Below are positions 45,939 to 59,765 of a stretch of DNA of 64,000 nucleotides, piece after piece. Under the pieces are notes generated by a model, which saw nothing but the letters and a program-made list of their open reading frames with translations, ran no database searches and had not been told where the DNA came from. Location: positions 17,608,001 to 17,672,000 of the forward strand of contig JBHGNT010000002.1 of assembly GCA_043228905.1 (NCBI GenBank). Direction: 5' to 3'. The stretch is from Azolla caroliniana (Eukaryota; Plantae; Polypodiophyta). The translations under genes and the position numbers were made by a program. Numbering within the stretch: the first letter of the stretch is position 1; every line of letters begins with the position of its first letter.

Positions 45939-47020
45939 TCCTACAGATGGTCCATGCAATACCGATTGGCCGATCGAGCTGACTGAAGAGTTCGAACCGA
46001 CAAAATCGGCACCCAAGAGATCTGAACGAGTCAAAAGACCTACAGAGTTTTATCATACACGGATGCATGCGAACCAAGCACATACGAAGAAGTTATAACG
46101 CAAGCCATGAGATCCGAGATGGACTCGATCCATCAGAACAATACATGGGAAGTGGTCGAACTACCTTGCAAATGGGTATTTTGATACAAATATGTATCCG
46201 ATTCAAAGAAGCCCAAATACAAAGCTTAGCTTATCACGAAGGGGTTCAAACAGGAACATGGGGTTGAGTACAATGAGATATTCTCACCAGTCGTCAAGAT
46301 GACCACCCTTCGGCTCCTACTAGGGGTTGTGCCGACTGAAGACCTGCAGGTTGAGCAGTTGGGCGTAAGGATGACATTTCGACACGAAGATCTGGAAGAA
46401 GCCATTTGCATGTCTCAACCAGCAAGCTTCACAACGACAAGGGAGGAAAGTCACCTCGTATGTCGATTGAAGAAAATCCTTTATGGCTTAAAACAAGTGC
46501 CGAGGATGTGGTACCAAAGGTTGACTCCTACATCAAGCAGCTTGGATAGTAATGATCCGACTCTAACCCATGTATGTATACTCGGCATGTGGTCGATGAG
46601 TCCCAGATCTGTCAGATCCTATATGTTGACGACATGCTGATTGTAGGAAGGAATCAGGCCGTCGACGAGTCCCGGATCTATCTGATCCTATATGTCGACG
46701 ACATGTTGATTGCAAGAAGAAATCATGACGAAATCGGAAAACTAAACCGAAGTCTTCACAAAAAATTTGCGATGAAGGAACTTGGACAAGCCCGACACAT
46801 ATTGGGATGATGATAGCAAAAACTATCTAACTCTCCCAATCCCACTATATCTGCAATGCGCTGAAGCACTTCAACATGGAGAACGCAAAGGCAACATCAA
46901 CACCACTTCCAACGTCAATTGTAGGATAGAGACTCTCCTTCAACGAACAATGAGAGAGAGCTAAATGAAAAGATACCCTACGCATTGGCTGCCGGAAATA
47001 TCATTTACGCGATGGTGGTT
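45939..47020 (+). pseudogene. pol: Old copia RT fragment, host of Copia-A (left stub 10188-10228)
   Basis: MTTLRLLLG..DLEEAICMSQP..CRLKKILYGLKQ, LYVDDML present twice. Confidence 0.8.
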
Positions 47021-47039
47021 ATGCGTAGGGTATCTTTCT

Positions 47040-48062
47040 GCCTCTACTCGTTTTCTTGTCTCTGCTTCCTTCCTCCTACGTGCATAACCAAGCATCTGAG
47101 CCCGTGTGCTCATCGTCCGGCATCCGGTGACTGGTCCGGATCAGTTACATGCTGACCTGTGTGCCAACGAAGTTATCCGAAAATCAATACAGATAATCAT
47201 TTCACACTCTCTCCCTCTCCTTATCGGCTCCTTCATTGCAGACCCACTTTTTCACACATATACGTGGACTTTCACGACATCTTTTGTGAACTGGATGTGA
47301 AAGGGACAACAGCGGAGTTCAAAATGAGGGGAAGTGAACTTGTTGAAGCAATTGTGGTCGTTGTCAACCGTTCTATGAATGCTCCGGAGGGAGCGAGTGG
47401 CCTCAACAGGGCCACAGAGATGATAGTTGGCACAACGGGCCAATTCAATGGTGTCGTGCAGATTTTGGGCCACAGTGAGAAATCAGAGAATGTTGGAAGG
47501 ATCGGCAAGGTGCACCATGTGCACCCACCCTTGTGCAGAATTAGCATAGGGGCTAGGGGGTGCCTTTGTGGCACCGAATAGGCAATAAAGTTGGGATAGA
47601 GGATCCCCTGTAATATGGGATTTATCGCACATTGTAACGTCCTTCCCTCCTTGGGCTATAAAAGGAAGGAAGGGGACTCTAGTATGGGGTTGCCCATTTT
47701 GAGTTAGGAGGGTATACTGTTAGATTTACGGTTAGGTAGTTTCTTTCTTCTTCTCCTTCTTCTTCTTCGTCCTAGTGTGAGTTGAGAGTTCGTGTCTATT
47801 TAGGGTTTGCTTCTGCTCGGTCCCCCGTGCAAGACCCCGCTCGGCGCGAAGAGCCCGAGAGCTCCCCGATCGGTGGTTTGGCAGCAGACTACCGTTGCAA
47901 CCTACCCTACCTTGGTCCAACTCGAAGCCGGGGTTGTATCTATTCCATTGTAATATATATATATATATATATGTTTGGTTGTGCACATCCGTGTCTCTAG
48001 TAGTGTCGGGTGTTTCCACCCCTTTTTGTTTTTCGTGCATAAGAGTTGGTGTAGCGCGCGCA

Positions 48063-48096
<34 letters not shown>

Positions 48097-49543
48097 TTCG
48101 GTTGCCTCCAGGACGTGTCCGGAGTCGGTTTCTCGGCATCCCTTCCTCCCTCATCCGAGACCCGCGTGGTCCGGTCCCTTCTACACACACACGTGTAACA
48201 ACGCGACAACGGTAAGATGCATCGGCCTATTTGGTGGCCTATAAGGCCGAAATGCTCATGCAGGACATCCCGAAGGACAAATGATTGTCCGGATTACCGC
48301 GAGTCATCACACTGAGCATCCACGTGAAGGTGCTCGAGATTCAGGCTAATTGTCGGAACTGGACAGAACTCGAGGAGAAACTCCTCCAGAGGTATGGAAT
48401 TGATGACTCATTCTAGTTGTTGAAGAGGGAGTTGATGGAGTGGGTCGAGCACCTGGGTAAGGGACAGAACACATTGGTGCTTCTCCAAGAATTCAAGAAA
48501 TGATTTGCGTGGTGGTCACCGTTGGACTAGACAGTGCTCGACACGAGCCAGGTTTTCCTTTTCATCAAGTCAGTCGATCTGATCGATAGGGAGAAGGTCA
48601 GTCTCTTGTTGAAGATAGATGATAGCCTCACGGCCGATTGGGTCATGGCTAAAAGAGTTTGTAGCCGTTTCGACGAACGGTGTGAATGAAACGATGTGGG
48701 CACGTCATTGGCCGGCTCGACTACAAGACAGATGAACGACGAGGGACCGACTCGGTCTGGTGAGACGAGTCGGGCCCACTACCGATGAACGTGGTTGACG
48801 GCTTGTCCGGGGGTGCAGCTCTGGAGGAGCTGATGAAGATGGTACGCGATTTGCAGATTGCACAGACTCGAAGTGATGGTGGGGGTCAGTTGCGTAACTG
48901 GCGCCTATTGAATGACCTAAGGTGCATGTGGTGCAACGCCGTCGGCCATATCTGGAGGAACTGTGCCGACTTCGTTGAGGCACTTAAGAATAACGTGGTG
49001 TACACGCGATCGAGACGTGAAGGCCCCTAGAAACAAAAACTGACTCGGGAGGGATGGAAAGGCTGATGGAAGAGGTTGCAGCACAACACAGAGACCGTCC
49101 ATTACTCAGCATTGGCCGACATTCAGATCGGAGGGTAGAACAACAAGATGGGAAAGGAGACTGGATTCTGGCCGGGGTGTTAGAAGGGTTCTGTAGAACG
49201 AGGTTGGTGAAGGAGGAAGCATATCACACCGAGAGGCGGGTCTAAGAGGTCAGCGGATGGGATGATCCTATAGATGACAAAACCAGCTTCGTGGACGCTG
49301 CATTCCAGAACTACGTGGTTCTAGTGGAAGACAAACGGGTCAGAAAAGGCCGGAGGGGCCGGACCTTCAAATCGGTAGGAGACCCGAAACAGACCTGGAA
49401 GGAGGATGTCGGTTCGACTGGCCGACAAGAGAAGGAAAGGGGGAAGTTTCTCAAATTCCGACTGAGCTTGGAAATAAAAAAGATGATAGACCTATGAAAG
49501 GTCTTAGAGCAATGGATCCTCGAGAGTCAAATGGAACTCACAT
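47040..49543 (+). mobile_element. Gypsy-W copy G, old and truncated (LTR 3' part, decayed PBS, gag); resumes at 63340
   Basis: CACGACA-TCTT-TTGTGAACTGGATGTGA at 47273-47300; MRGSELVEA.., CMWCNAVGHIWRNC; MELT/L*EVLGIVKR continues after 63339. Confidence 0.8.
47452..48208 (+). repeat. Solo LTR (757 bp) of Gypsy-W type
   Basis: TGTCGTG...CGACA, CTATAAAAGG, (AT)n, (CT)n; TSD ATGG/ACGG; host frame GQFNGK restored on removal. Confidence 0.85.
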
Positions 49544-50447
49544 TGTCGCGGAAATCTGCACTTGCGGGTCTGTCGAATGGGACCATCGGGGTCTTTGACC
49601 AAGGACTCGGATGAATCAGGTGACTTGTGCTTGTAAGGAATCGATTGTCGTTTAGGTTTAGGGTTTAGGGGTGTCATTCTTGTTGTCGAGGAGGCTAGTG
49701 TGGGTGGACTAAGAGAAAGAGAGAGAGAGAGAGAGTGATATTGAGAAAATATTTACCACACCACAAAGATGTCCCGATTTGAACCTTTGATGAGAACTCC
49801 AATTCCCGATTTGAACCTTTGACTTCAAAATTGAGGGACAAGACACATTGCCAAAGAGATAACTAAGATTTATTATTACTGTTATTGATTCGATACATTT
49901 CTTGATTTACTTTCCCTTCCTTTCCTTCTTATATAGATGCCCCCATGCATATGATGCATGTGAGGGTGCATGAAATGCATGATTGCCATTTGGCGCTCAT
50001 GAATCACATGTGATGCATGATGACCATGTCCCTCATTCAACGTCTCATCTATGAGCAGTGACATGTGAAAAGTACAATGAAGAAAATAAACTTTAAAGAA
50101 AACAACCTAGCCTAATGGTATGTCAATTGTTACGCCTCTTATCTTGGAGGTGTAGGGTTCAAAACCTTGCACCTCGTTGTATGCCACTATGCCCTGGACT
50201 TATTCCTTTTTATATTTTGTGTAATGAACACCTAAACACACAACACATGTGCACAATAACGTGCTAACATACATGTGTAACAATACTCCTTTCATACGTA
50301 TGCACATTGCACCTTCTCGATTTTCCTCGTTCCATGCAATTTTCACATTGTTGTCGAAAATCTTCACGACATCCACCGCCACCAAACCACACGTCCTCCC
50401 GGTACGTGCCAAGAAGTGAGTGTGAGATTTCGGCTATGGTAATTAAT

Positions 50448-50787
50448 CAATTTACTCCACGTCCTCATTGACCACCCTCACGCTTGTGGGTCCCGCCGTA
50501 CTATCATCATTGTTGAGGTCATCGAGGTTAGAACCCTCATCTTGTCATTTCTTGAATATCTTCACGCTTTCCCCGCAATGGGTAATGCAAGCCTTGATCT
50601 GTCTAGCTCGGCGAGGTGGTAGGTGGCGTTGTCATTGGCACTCATCACCACATATGGTCTGAACCACCTTCTTGCGAACTTCCTTGTCGCCCTGTGTTGG
50701 TGGTCAAGGTTGTTGTCGTAGACCAATACCCAATCTCCTTCTTCGATCTTCTTCGGACGCAGCCGGTGTGTCTTATCAAACCGAATC
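50448..50787 (-). pseudogene. pol: Copy F integrase C-terminus
   Basis: NKIRFDKTHRLRPKKIEEGDWVLVYD..KFARRWFRPY. Confidence 0.85.
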
Positions 50788-50792
50788 TTATT

Positions 50793-53700
50793 TGAAAAGA
50801 GTAGTGTGCAGAAGCAATAAAAAATGAACACAGAAAACACGCAGGTTTAATGGAGAGCTTGAATATACACAATACGCAGGAGAGACAAAGAGAGAACACA
50901 CAAAAACTCAATTCAAAATAATACTCAATCTGTACATACACCGTGCTCAATGAGCACCTTTTATACAAGCCCTGACAATAGGGCTGACACAAGTACTGAC
51001 AGTACTTGACCACTCATAAATGAGCCTACTACACTAACTCCCAAAATTATTACTAACGAGGAATATCTTCCCAACGGCCTCACGGTTTACGCATTGATAC
51101 AACCATGTTATGCGTACCGATTTACGCACCCAGTCTACACACTGGTTTACACATCATATTACACACGAATGTTGAGCTTGTCTCTCAACACTCCCCCTCA
51201 AGCTCAACTTGAGGTTCCACCTGCTCCGCTAGATCTACACTCCGGTTCCTTCTGGCTTCACTCGCATGTGCTCCTCGACCCGTTCGATTCCGTGTGCCTC
51301 GACCCTTTCGATCGGCTTGTCTGCTTACACGGCCCTTCTCACCTTCCTTGCTATTGCGGTATTGGCGCCTCTTCTGTTGCCTTCTCTTCCGTTTGACCCT
51401 TGCTTGATTCAGTGTATCCGAATTAGACATCCGAACCGACTCGGCTTCCTCCGATCGGTTTTCTCTCTCGTCTGAGTTGGCTGTCTCCAACTCATCTTCA
51501 GTCTTCTCGCCCTTGATGGCTTCATCTCCCCCATGCTTGGCTGGCTTTGGCTCTTTCTTCCGGCTACTCCCCTTATGTCCACTTTCGGACTCCTTCGCAG
51601 ATTTGCCCTCGGTTTCTTCAGCCGATCTGAAATCTAATTCATCATCCAACTCAGCGTCACGGTCTTTTCCGCTCCTTTCTTACTCCCTTCCGTGGTCATC
51701 GTGGACGTCTCTCCCCCTCATGTTCGGCACGTCGAGGTGACGCAACCCAAGCGCACCCGAGAATTGCCGCAACTTGTCTAGACCAAGAGGCTTGGTGAAG
51801 ATGTCGTCGGTCTGCCGATCCATTAGAACATACTGAAGTTCGACTTCACCGGAGAGGACACGCTCACGGAGGAAATGGTAGTGCACCTCAATGTGCTTAG
51901 TCCGGGCGTGGAAGATGGGGTTCTTAGCTAGTTGGATGCTGCTGAGGTTGTCGCAGTAGGTTGTCGTTGAATCGGATACCTCCACCTGTAGATCCTTAAG
52001 TAGCCGCTTCAACCATATGGCTTCGCATGTACTCGGCTTCGGTGCTCGACAGCGCAACTATCGGCTGCTTCTTGCTACTCCACACGATCGCGGCACTCCC
52101 GCGAGAGAACGCGAAACCGAACGTGGATCGGCGATCGCCGACGTTTCTAGCCCAATCAACATCGGTGTAACCAACCAACTGCGCAGCAGTATCGACCCGA
52201 TATAGTAGCCCCTGGTTCTTAGTGCCACTAACGTACCAGAGTATGCGTTGTGTGCACTGAAGGTGCTCCTCGGTCGGTCACACCATGAACTGACTAATCA
52301 CCCCGACTGGGTAGCTTAGATCTGGTCGGGTGATGGTCAAGTAAATAAGGCTTCCGACTATTTGTCGGAACCTCGTCGGGTCGCATACCTTCCCAGAGTC
52401 GGGGCGACGCTTGACGGTTCTATCCAGAGGAGTCGAGACGGACTTACAGTCGGCCATTCCGAATTTGAAGAGCATACTCAACACGTAATGTTGTTGGCTG
52501 ATCAGTATGCCTTGGGGGGTACGGATCACTTTGATCTCGAGGAAGTAATGAAGGTGCCCCATGTCCTTTATGTCAAATGATGTCGCGAGCTGGAGCTTTA
52601 CGCGGTCAATCTCACCAAGGTCGGCGTTGGTGATGACCAAGTCCTCAACATAAAGTAAAATGCTAACTGGCTTGAGTCGGCCTTTCCGGAGGAACAGTGA
52701 GGAGTCTGATTTTGATGTCGCAAAGCCCAATTGATGCAAACGTTGCGTGATCTTCGCGTTCCAGGCATGTGGGGCTTGCTTTAGTCCGTAAAGGGACTTC
52801 TTCAATCGGCACACCGCCGAAGTGTTCGTTCCGGAGTGAAATCCGAGGGGTGTTACCATGTGCACCTGTTCCTCAAGCTCACCTTGCAGGATCGCATTCT
52901 TTACATCCATTTGATGTAAGTGCCACCCCTTTGCCGCAGCTACCATGAGCAAAACACGGACGGTCATCAGCTTCGCGACCGGCGCGAACGCCTCATCATA
53001 GTCGATGCCGTGTTTCTACGCGTAACTTTTCGTTACTAACCGGGCCTTGTATCGGTTGACCGAGCCGTCGGTGTTGTACATGACCTTGTACACCCACCTA
53101 CATTCGATCGGCTTCACACCTTTCGCTGCGTCAACTAGGTCCCAAGTTTCATTCTCCGCCAATGCGCGCATCTCTTCCACCATTGTGGTACGCCAATTCG
53201 CGTCCTTCGCTGCTTCTGTGTAGCTCTTTGGCTCATGCACTTCCGCTACATGGGTCATGTACGCATAGTGATGCGCCATGTACTCGTTGTATCCGAACAG
53301 GTTCTTCTGACGAGTAGATCGGCATATTTGTTCATTAGCCGATGTTGAGGCTTTCTTAGCCGATGCGAACTTCGCTCTTGAAGACCCATCATCACCTCCC
53401 TCGAAGTCGGACTTGCGTCAATTCGACTCGTTCTTATCCGAGCCGTAATCCGATACCTTCTTCTTCCCTTTTTCCTTGCATGTAAGCCGTCTCCTCGGCT
53501 TCCTGCGCGAGGAATGCACGGCCGAGTCTCCACTACTTGCCGACTCTTCATCGGACTGGTCGAACCGACTCAGTCATCCATTCGGTCCGCTTAACCGAAA
53601 CGAAATCGGGCTCTCTTCGCAGGTCCCGATTTCAAGCTCATCTAGACGCATCTCTGCCTCGCTGACCTCATTGTCAGAACTTGGATTAGAGGTGAGGTCC

Positions 53701-56417
53701 GAAGTCAGAGGCAAGTACTAGGACGCGGACTCGTCAAACACAACGTCGCGGCTCACACGTGCTTGTTTGGTGTGAGGGTTATAACACTTATAACCCTTCT
53801 GCTCATCCGAATAGCCGACCAAGATACACTTCTTAGCTTTCGCGTCTAACTTCCTCCATGTCACAGATTCGGCTGCGTTCTGAAGTATAGCTCATACGCC
53901 GACACTTTTTCTGCGATCCGATTCTGGATGTATACCACGGTTCGTACCGCCTCGGCCCAATAGAACTTGGGCACGCTCTTTTCTTCTAGCATTGCCCCAA
54001 CCGCTTCTACAATTGACATTTTTCATTTCGGCCACGCCGTTTTACTCCGGAGTATATCTACAATTGAATTCGCATCGAATTCCCATCTGTTGCAAATACC
54101 CGTTGAATTGACCGGAAAAGTACTCTTTTCCACCATCCGACCGCAAGCACTTGATTTTTCTTCATGTTTCCCTTTCAACGAAACTCTTGAGGTCCCGGAA
54201 ATAGTCGAAAACTTCACTCTTCTTCTCAATGAGGTAGATCCATGTGTGCCGCGTATAGTCGTCGATGAAGGAGACGAAATATCGACTCCCGCCAAGACTA
54301 ACGTTCTGTGCCGGCCCCCATACATCGGAATGTATCAAGTCGAGCTTGTTCTGGCTCCGGTTATGCTCGTTGGGGAAAGGAAGTCGGTGTTGCTTCCCTA
54401 GCTGGCAGGCTTCACAAATTTGTGCCTTCCAGCCACTAAATTTGGGCAATCCAAACACCACCTATTTCGATTGCAGGTCTTGAACCTATTGATAGTTTAC
54501 GTGGCCTATCCGCTTGCACCATAAGTTGATATCTGACTCTACTTTTTGTCCTTTCGCGAACATTGCGGTGCCACCGTCACTAGAGTCGAGGATAAACATT
54601 CTCCCGTCTCTATGCCCTTGCGCAATAACTCGGCCTTCTTCCTCAATGAAGCACCCGAGATGCGTGAACCGAACCTGCATCCCCTGGTCGACGATCTGTC
54701 TGACCGACACCAGGTTCTTCGTGATTGTTGGAACGTTTAACACGTTCATGAGTTTCCCTTTTTGCCCGACATGGCTCAGGGGAACTTCACCGACATTCAT
54801 GATCGGATGCGGAGTGTGGTCTCCGATTGCGACTACTCCCGGTTGCATCGGTTTTTCCAGGTATGAGAACCACTCCTTGTGGCACGTCATGTGGTTTGAC
54901 GCACTAGAGTCGACGTACCACACCTCGTCTGACTTTGGGGTGATCTTCTTCATCGAGTTTGCTTGGTGTCTCGTCATGAAGACTGAACCTTTTCCGGCTT
55001 TTCTGGATCCTTTGGCGTAGTGTGATCGCTACCGATTTCCTTTGTTGGTTTGTCCGGAACCTGATCCGGATCCAGTCCTCTCCAAATCGGTGTGCTTCTT
55101 CCAGTACTCGCTCTCCTTGTGGCCTTTCTTGCCACAGTACCAGCATTCCGTGATGGATTTCCCATGCCGGTTCTCGTCGCCTCGACTCCCCCTGTTTCCG
55201 AAGGATCCGGAGTTGCTGTCGGCATCACTTCGGTGCCTTCTTCCTTGATCCCGTCGGCCGCCTCCATTCCGCACCGACTCGCCTCTTCCGCCACGACCAC
55301 GAGGCCTATCTCCCTCTGTGTACAACATCTTGTTGTCGGCATGTGTGCTTGTCGACGCACCCGTGTGGTTCTCCTCTATAAGGAGGATCGACTGTAAGTC
55401 GAAAAATGACGACGTATTCTCCTGTGTACACACAGCAGTTCGGAACGCTCCGAACTTCGACGCCAGTCCCCCGAGATAGATTTGCATTATCTCGCCTTCC
55501 TCGACGTTCACATCGATAGAGGCTAAGGAGTCACATATCTCTTGATCTTCGAGGTGTAATCAGCCACCTTGTCGTAAATTGCTTAGCTCCTGTCAGAGTT
55601 GAAGCTTCCTGGTTGTGGTGCCTGCGACGAAGATGTTCTTCAGATTTTCCCAAGCATCCTTTGGCGTTTTCGCATCCCGAATATAGCTCAGAAGTTGTTC
55701 GCCCACACAAGACGCGAAGCAATACACTACTCTGCTTGCCAACTATTCCCACGCCGGGAAATCTCTGTGTGTCAATTCGGGTGCTGTGTCAATTCGGGTG
55801 CTGTGTCATTTGCTCCATCGACATAACTCCAGTAACCGTGCCCGAGCAGGTACTGGTGCATCTTGTAGGACCAAGACGCATAGTTGTTTCTATCGAGCTT
55901 CTTCGTCGGAAGTGAGCTAGCCATGCCTCTATCCATCGGTTTTACTTGTTCTTCTTGGTTGGTTTTCCTTTCAAGCTATGTCGGCTGTAGGGGTTCTCAA
56001 CCCTCGCACTCTGATACCATGAAAAGAATAGTGTGCGGAAGCAATAGAAAACGATCACAGAAAACACGCAAGTTTAATGGAGAGCTTGAATATACACAGT
56101 ACACGGGAGAGATAGAGAGAGAACACACAGAAACTCAATTCAAAATAATACTCAATCTGTACGTACACCGTGCTCAGTAAGCACCTTTTATACAAGCATT
56201 GACAATAGGGCTGACACAAGTACTGACAGTACTTGACCACTCATAAATGAGCCTACTACACTAACTCCCAAAATTATTCCTTACAAGGAATATCTTCCCA
56301 ACGGCCACGCGGTTTACGCACCGATACGACCATGTTATGCGTACCGATTTATGCACCCAGTCTACGCACTGGTTTACGCATCGTATTACGCACGAATGTT
56401 GAGTTTGTCTCTCAACA
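50793..56417 (-). mobile_element. Copia-H full-length Ty1/copia element
   Basis: 398-bp LTRs 50793-51190 and 56020-56417; TSD TTATT/TTATT; PBS TGGTATCAGAG ending at 56019; PPT 51191-51200. Confidence 0.95.
51185..55936 (-). pseudogene. gag-pol: Copia-H gag-pol, disrupted
   Basis: CWYCGKKGHKESE, WYVDSSAS, IHSDVWGP, QMDVKNA; ends PQVELEGEC. Confidence 0.92.
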
Positions 56418-58467
56418 TTATTCTTCACTCGGGTTGTCTCCATTATCTTTCGCGCGTTCTCTAGATCTTCAGGTCTTCTTTCGAACTACCTTATCCGTGC
56501 CACCAATAATTCTTCCTGGCTCATCTCGTTCTCCCATGGTATTGCTACCCATGAGGCGATTGTCCTCTCGATGGGCATTACTAGTTTCTGTCCATACATC
56601 AGCTCTGCTGGCATATAGCCTGTCACAGAACTGTGCGTAGTTCTATCGGCAAACAATGCATAGGGTAATAATCGCTTCCAATTCCCTACTTGTCCATTGC
56701 ATGCTCATACAATGGCTTTGACTATCGACCCATGCCCTCGCTCAATCTTCCCATTTGCTCCTGGATTATAGGCAGTTGTGAGGGAGAGCTTTACGTCTAC
56801 TTGCTCGAATAGCTCAATTGCTTCGTGTGCATCTAACTCCCCTCGGTCGGCCACCATCTTTCCCACATATCCGTATCGGCAGACGACCTCTTCGAGCAGA
56901 AATTTGCATACAGCTATCGTCGTCTTATTTGCTAAGGCTCATCCTTCTACCTAGTTTGTCAGGTCTTACCTCGCTAGTACCAGGTACTTCATCTGCCCCA
57001 CTCCCATTGGCATAGAGACCAGATCCACCATCTATTTAAAGTGTATGGTGAGTGGGTGTGTTGGCCGCAACTCATCACGGTGACGTATGTTCGAATGTAC
57101 TTGGCAGCTTTCGCATGTGGACACGAAACGTAGTACATCTTTATACATGCTTAGCCACCAATACTTCTCCTTTAGCTTTTCAAATGTTGCCCACGTTCCT
57201 CTATGACCTACCCATCGACTCTTGTGGAATTCAAATATCAACGTTGTTTGGTCCTCTTTCTTCACCACTACTCGTCGTGGTATCCCTGTCCTTCTCTTTG
57301 GGTGCTGCCAGAGGAATCCTCCCTTCCGAAAGTACTAGTAAGCTTTCTTCCGTATTTGTAGAGCCTCCTCCTTCATCCACGAAGCATCCACCATCGTTGT
57401 TCTCAAGAATCTACCGATTAGTAACCACTCCCCTTCATACTCGTTCTCGTTGAAAGTGTGGAGGGTTGGCATGCCTCTGTCTTCTGCTGATAGTCGGGCT
57501 ACCTTGAAGAAGTCAAGGGTGACGTCTTCATCTTCCGAAACCATGTCACCTTCACCCTCGAATCTTGTTGGTGACAACATGTCGGCCATGGCATTGTTCT
57601 TCCTAGCAATGTGGCGAATCTCTAGGTTCAAAGACTTGATATAAGCGATCCACCTCAACATAGCCAGATCTGGTGTCGCACATCCGGAGATCATCCCAAG
57701 GATTGGGAGGCAATCTGTTACAATTACCACCTCTGACCCGATCAGGTAGTCCTTGTCTACCTTCACCGCAGACACAATACCCCAAAGTTCCCGCTTTACT
57801 TGGGAGTATCCTCGTCGTCATTCGTTAAGGACCTTTGCTCCGAACCGGATGGCGTACCGCGTGCTATCTTCTCCTTCTTGGTTGATGACCCATCTAATTC
57901 CCGTTGGACTCGTATCTACCGTGACATAGATGGGCATCCCTTCTTTGTAGATGACTTTCCTTAAAGCTGATGCTGCCACCAATAGCTCTTTTAACCTCTT
58001 CATCGCCTCTGTGTGTACCGGTTCCCACTTGAATTTTCTCCCTTTTTTCAGTAAGCTATACAAGGGTTCAACCACATGAGCATAGTGTGGAATCCAAATG
58101 TGGTAGAACACACATGCTCCTAAAAATCTTCAGACCTTTGTCTACGTTCCACATTCCTCACACATTTCTTGAATAGCATTCAGCTTCTTGGGAGAGGGTT
58201 TCCGTCTGTATGGTCCACGAAGATGTCCTACTACTAGGATCTCGCGTTGGCCAAATGCTGATTTTTCTCCGAAGAATGTGAGCCCTGCATCTTCTAGTCT
58301 TTCTAGCACTCTTCCACAATCTTCGATATGGTTTGAAACAAATCTTTGACATCCATTTTGATCTAAAGACTCATCCTTCTTAGATTCAGGACACCCCTTT
58401 ATAGGGATATCATCGAGGAAAGGCATCGTAATATCTGGGATGCAATCTCGTAGTACTTTGTTCATGG

Positions 58468-58826
58468 CATTCATCATGTTGGCTACCGAGTTAGTTGCCC
58501 CTTGCGGTAATGTACACATCCTTACTAGCCCAATGGGAGTCCGCATCATTGTGATGTCTCGACTATCAAAAGACAAATGAAATTGGTCGTATCCAGAATA
58601 CAAGTCTCCAATCAAGTAAATCGACCTTCCTGCAAAAGCTTCAACAACATTCATCATGTTGGCTACCGAGTTAGTTGCCCCTTGTGGTAATGTACACATC
58701 CTTACTAGCCCAATGGGAGTGCGTATCATTGTGATGTCTCGACTATCCAAAGACAATTGAAATTGGTCGTATCCAGAATACAAGTCTCCAATCAAGTAAA
58801 TCGACCTTCCTGCAAAAGCTTCAGCA
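58468..58826 (-). repeat. 180-bp in-frame tandem duplication in RT
   Basis: Units start at 58468 and 58648; EAFAGRSIY...NSVANMMN occurs twice in ORF 58142..59008. Confidence 0.92.
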
Positions 58827-59700
58827 AACTCATCAACTCTAGGTCCAATACCAACGTTACGAATGGTGACCTTCTTTACCAGTTGCAGATCTTGGATAAA
58901 TTGAAGTGCTCCATTCTTCTTCGGCACTATGAACCACCTATTTGAATAAGGCGCATTAGATGGCTCAAGGATTCCCATTCTAATATTTTCTTTTAACAAC
59001 TCTAGCAATCATGGAATGTGAGCTCTTGGAACGGGAATTGGCTTCAAGTTCCATGGCACATGGGGTATTGTAAAGATAACCATTGGTTCCACAAGCGTTG
59101 GGTCAACACATCCGATCTCTTGTGGGGAAAAGGCAAATGTTTTCCCGTGTTGCTCCAACATTTCCTGGAACTTAGACTCTTCTTTGGGAAGCAAAAACTC
59201 ACCCCCAACAATTTTGAGCTTCCTCCGAGTTTCGTCGGTGAAGACATGTCCTACTCCTTTCGGGTCTCTAAGGCACGGATCTCACGCTACCTTCTTTATT
59301 CGCTGCCAACTGTCTTGAGGCAAGGGAGCAGCCACAGATTTGACCTTCTTATCCATAGTCTTATATTTGGTATTAACTTTAACTTCATCCATCGTGACAC
59401 CTTGTTCGTATTCGTCGATGGCGGTGTATATGGTGACAAAGTTGATTGGAATCATTTCGTTGACTTGCAGTTTCGATTCGATGACTTTCTCCATTTCCCC
59501 AAGGGTATCATCAAATGATATTATCTCCATGTACCCTTTTATTGCCTCTCCCTCGCTCATAATCCCGATTTCTCTAAGTTTTTCCTATAGGATTTCTATT
59601 TTAATATCTCCTCCATTAATGTTGCTAAATTTACACATCCCATTTTTAGAAAACAAGACTATTTTCATTAATGGGGTGACAACTTTTATTACACTGAATT

Positions 59701-59765
59701 GGGGACATAGTTAGATGTCCCAGACTATTGTTGTCCCTCTCCTGAATAGCCCGAATTAAAAATCC
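59701..59765 (-). promoter_or_regulatory. Predicted -1 frameshift signal with pseudoknot, copy F
   Basis: GGATTTT TAATTC GGGCTATT/AATAGTCT, GGGACA/TGTCCC. Confidence 0.78.

Noticed and set aside
49651-49670. TTTAGGG repeats as interstitial telomere (also 10109-10125)
   Set aside because: Only 2-3 units inside LTRs; telo-box-like motifs, and reduced in the sister LTR.
50108-50172. Genuine tRNA gene
   Set aside because: A and B boxes and a T-arm are present but there is no convincing acceptor or anticodon stem; reported as a tRNA-like module instead.
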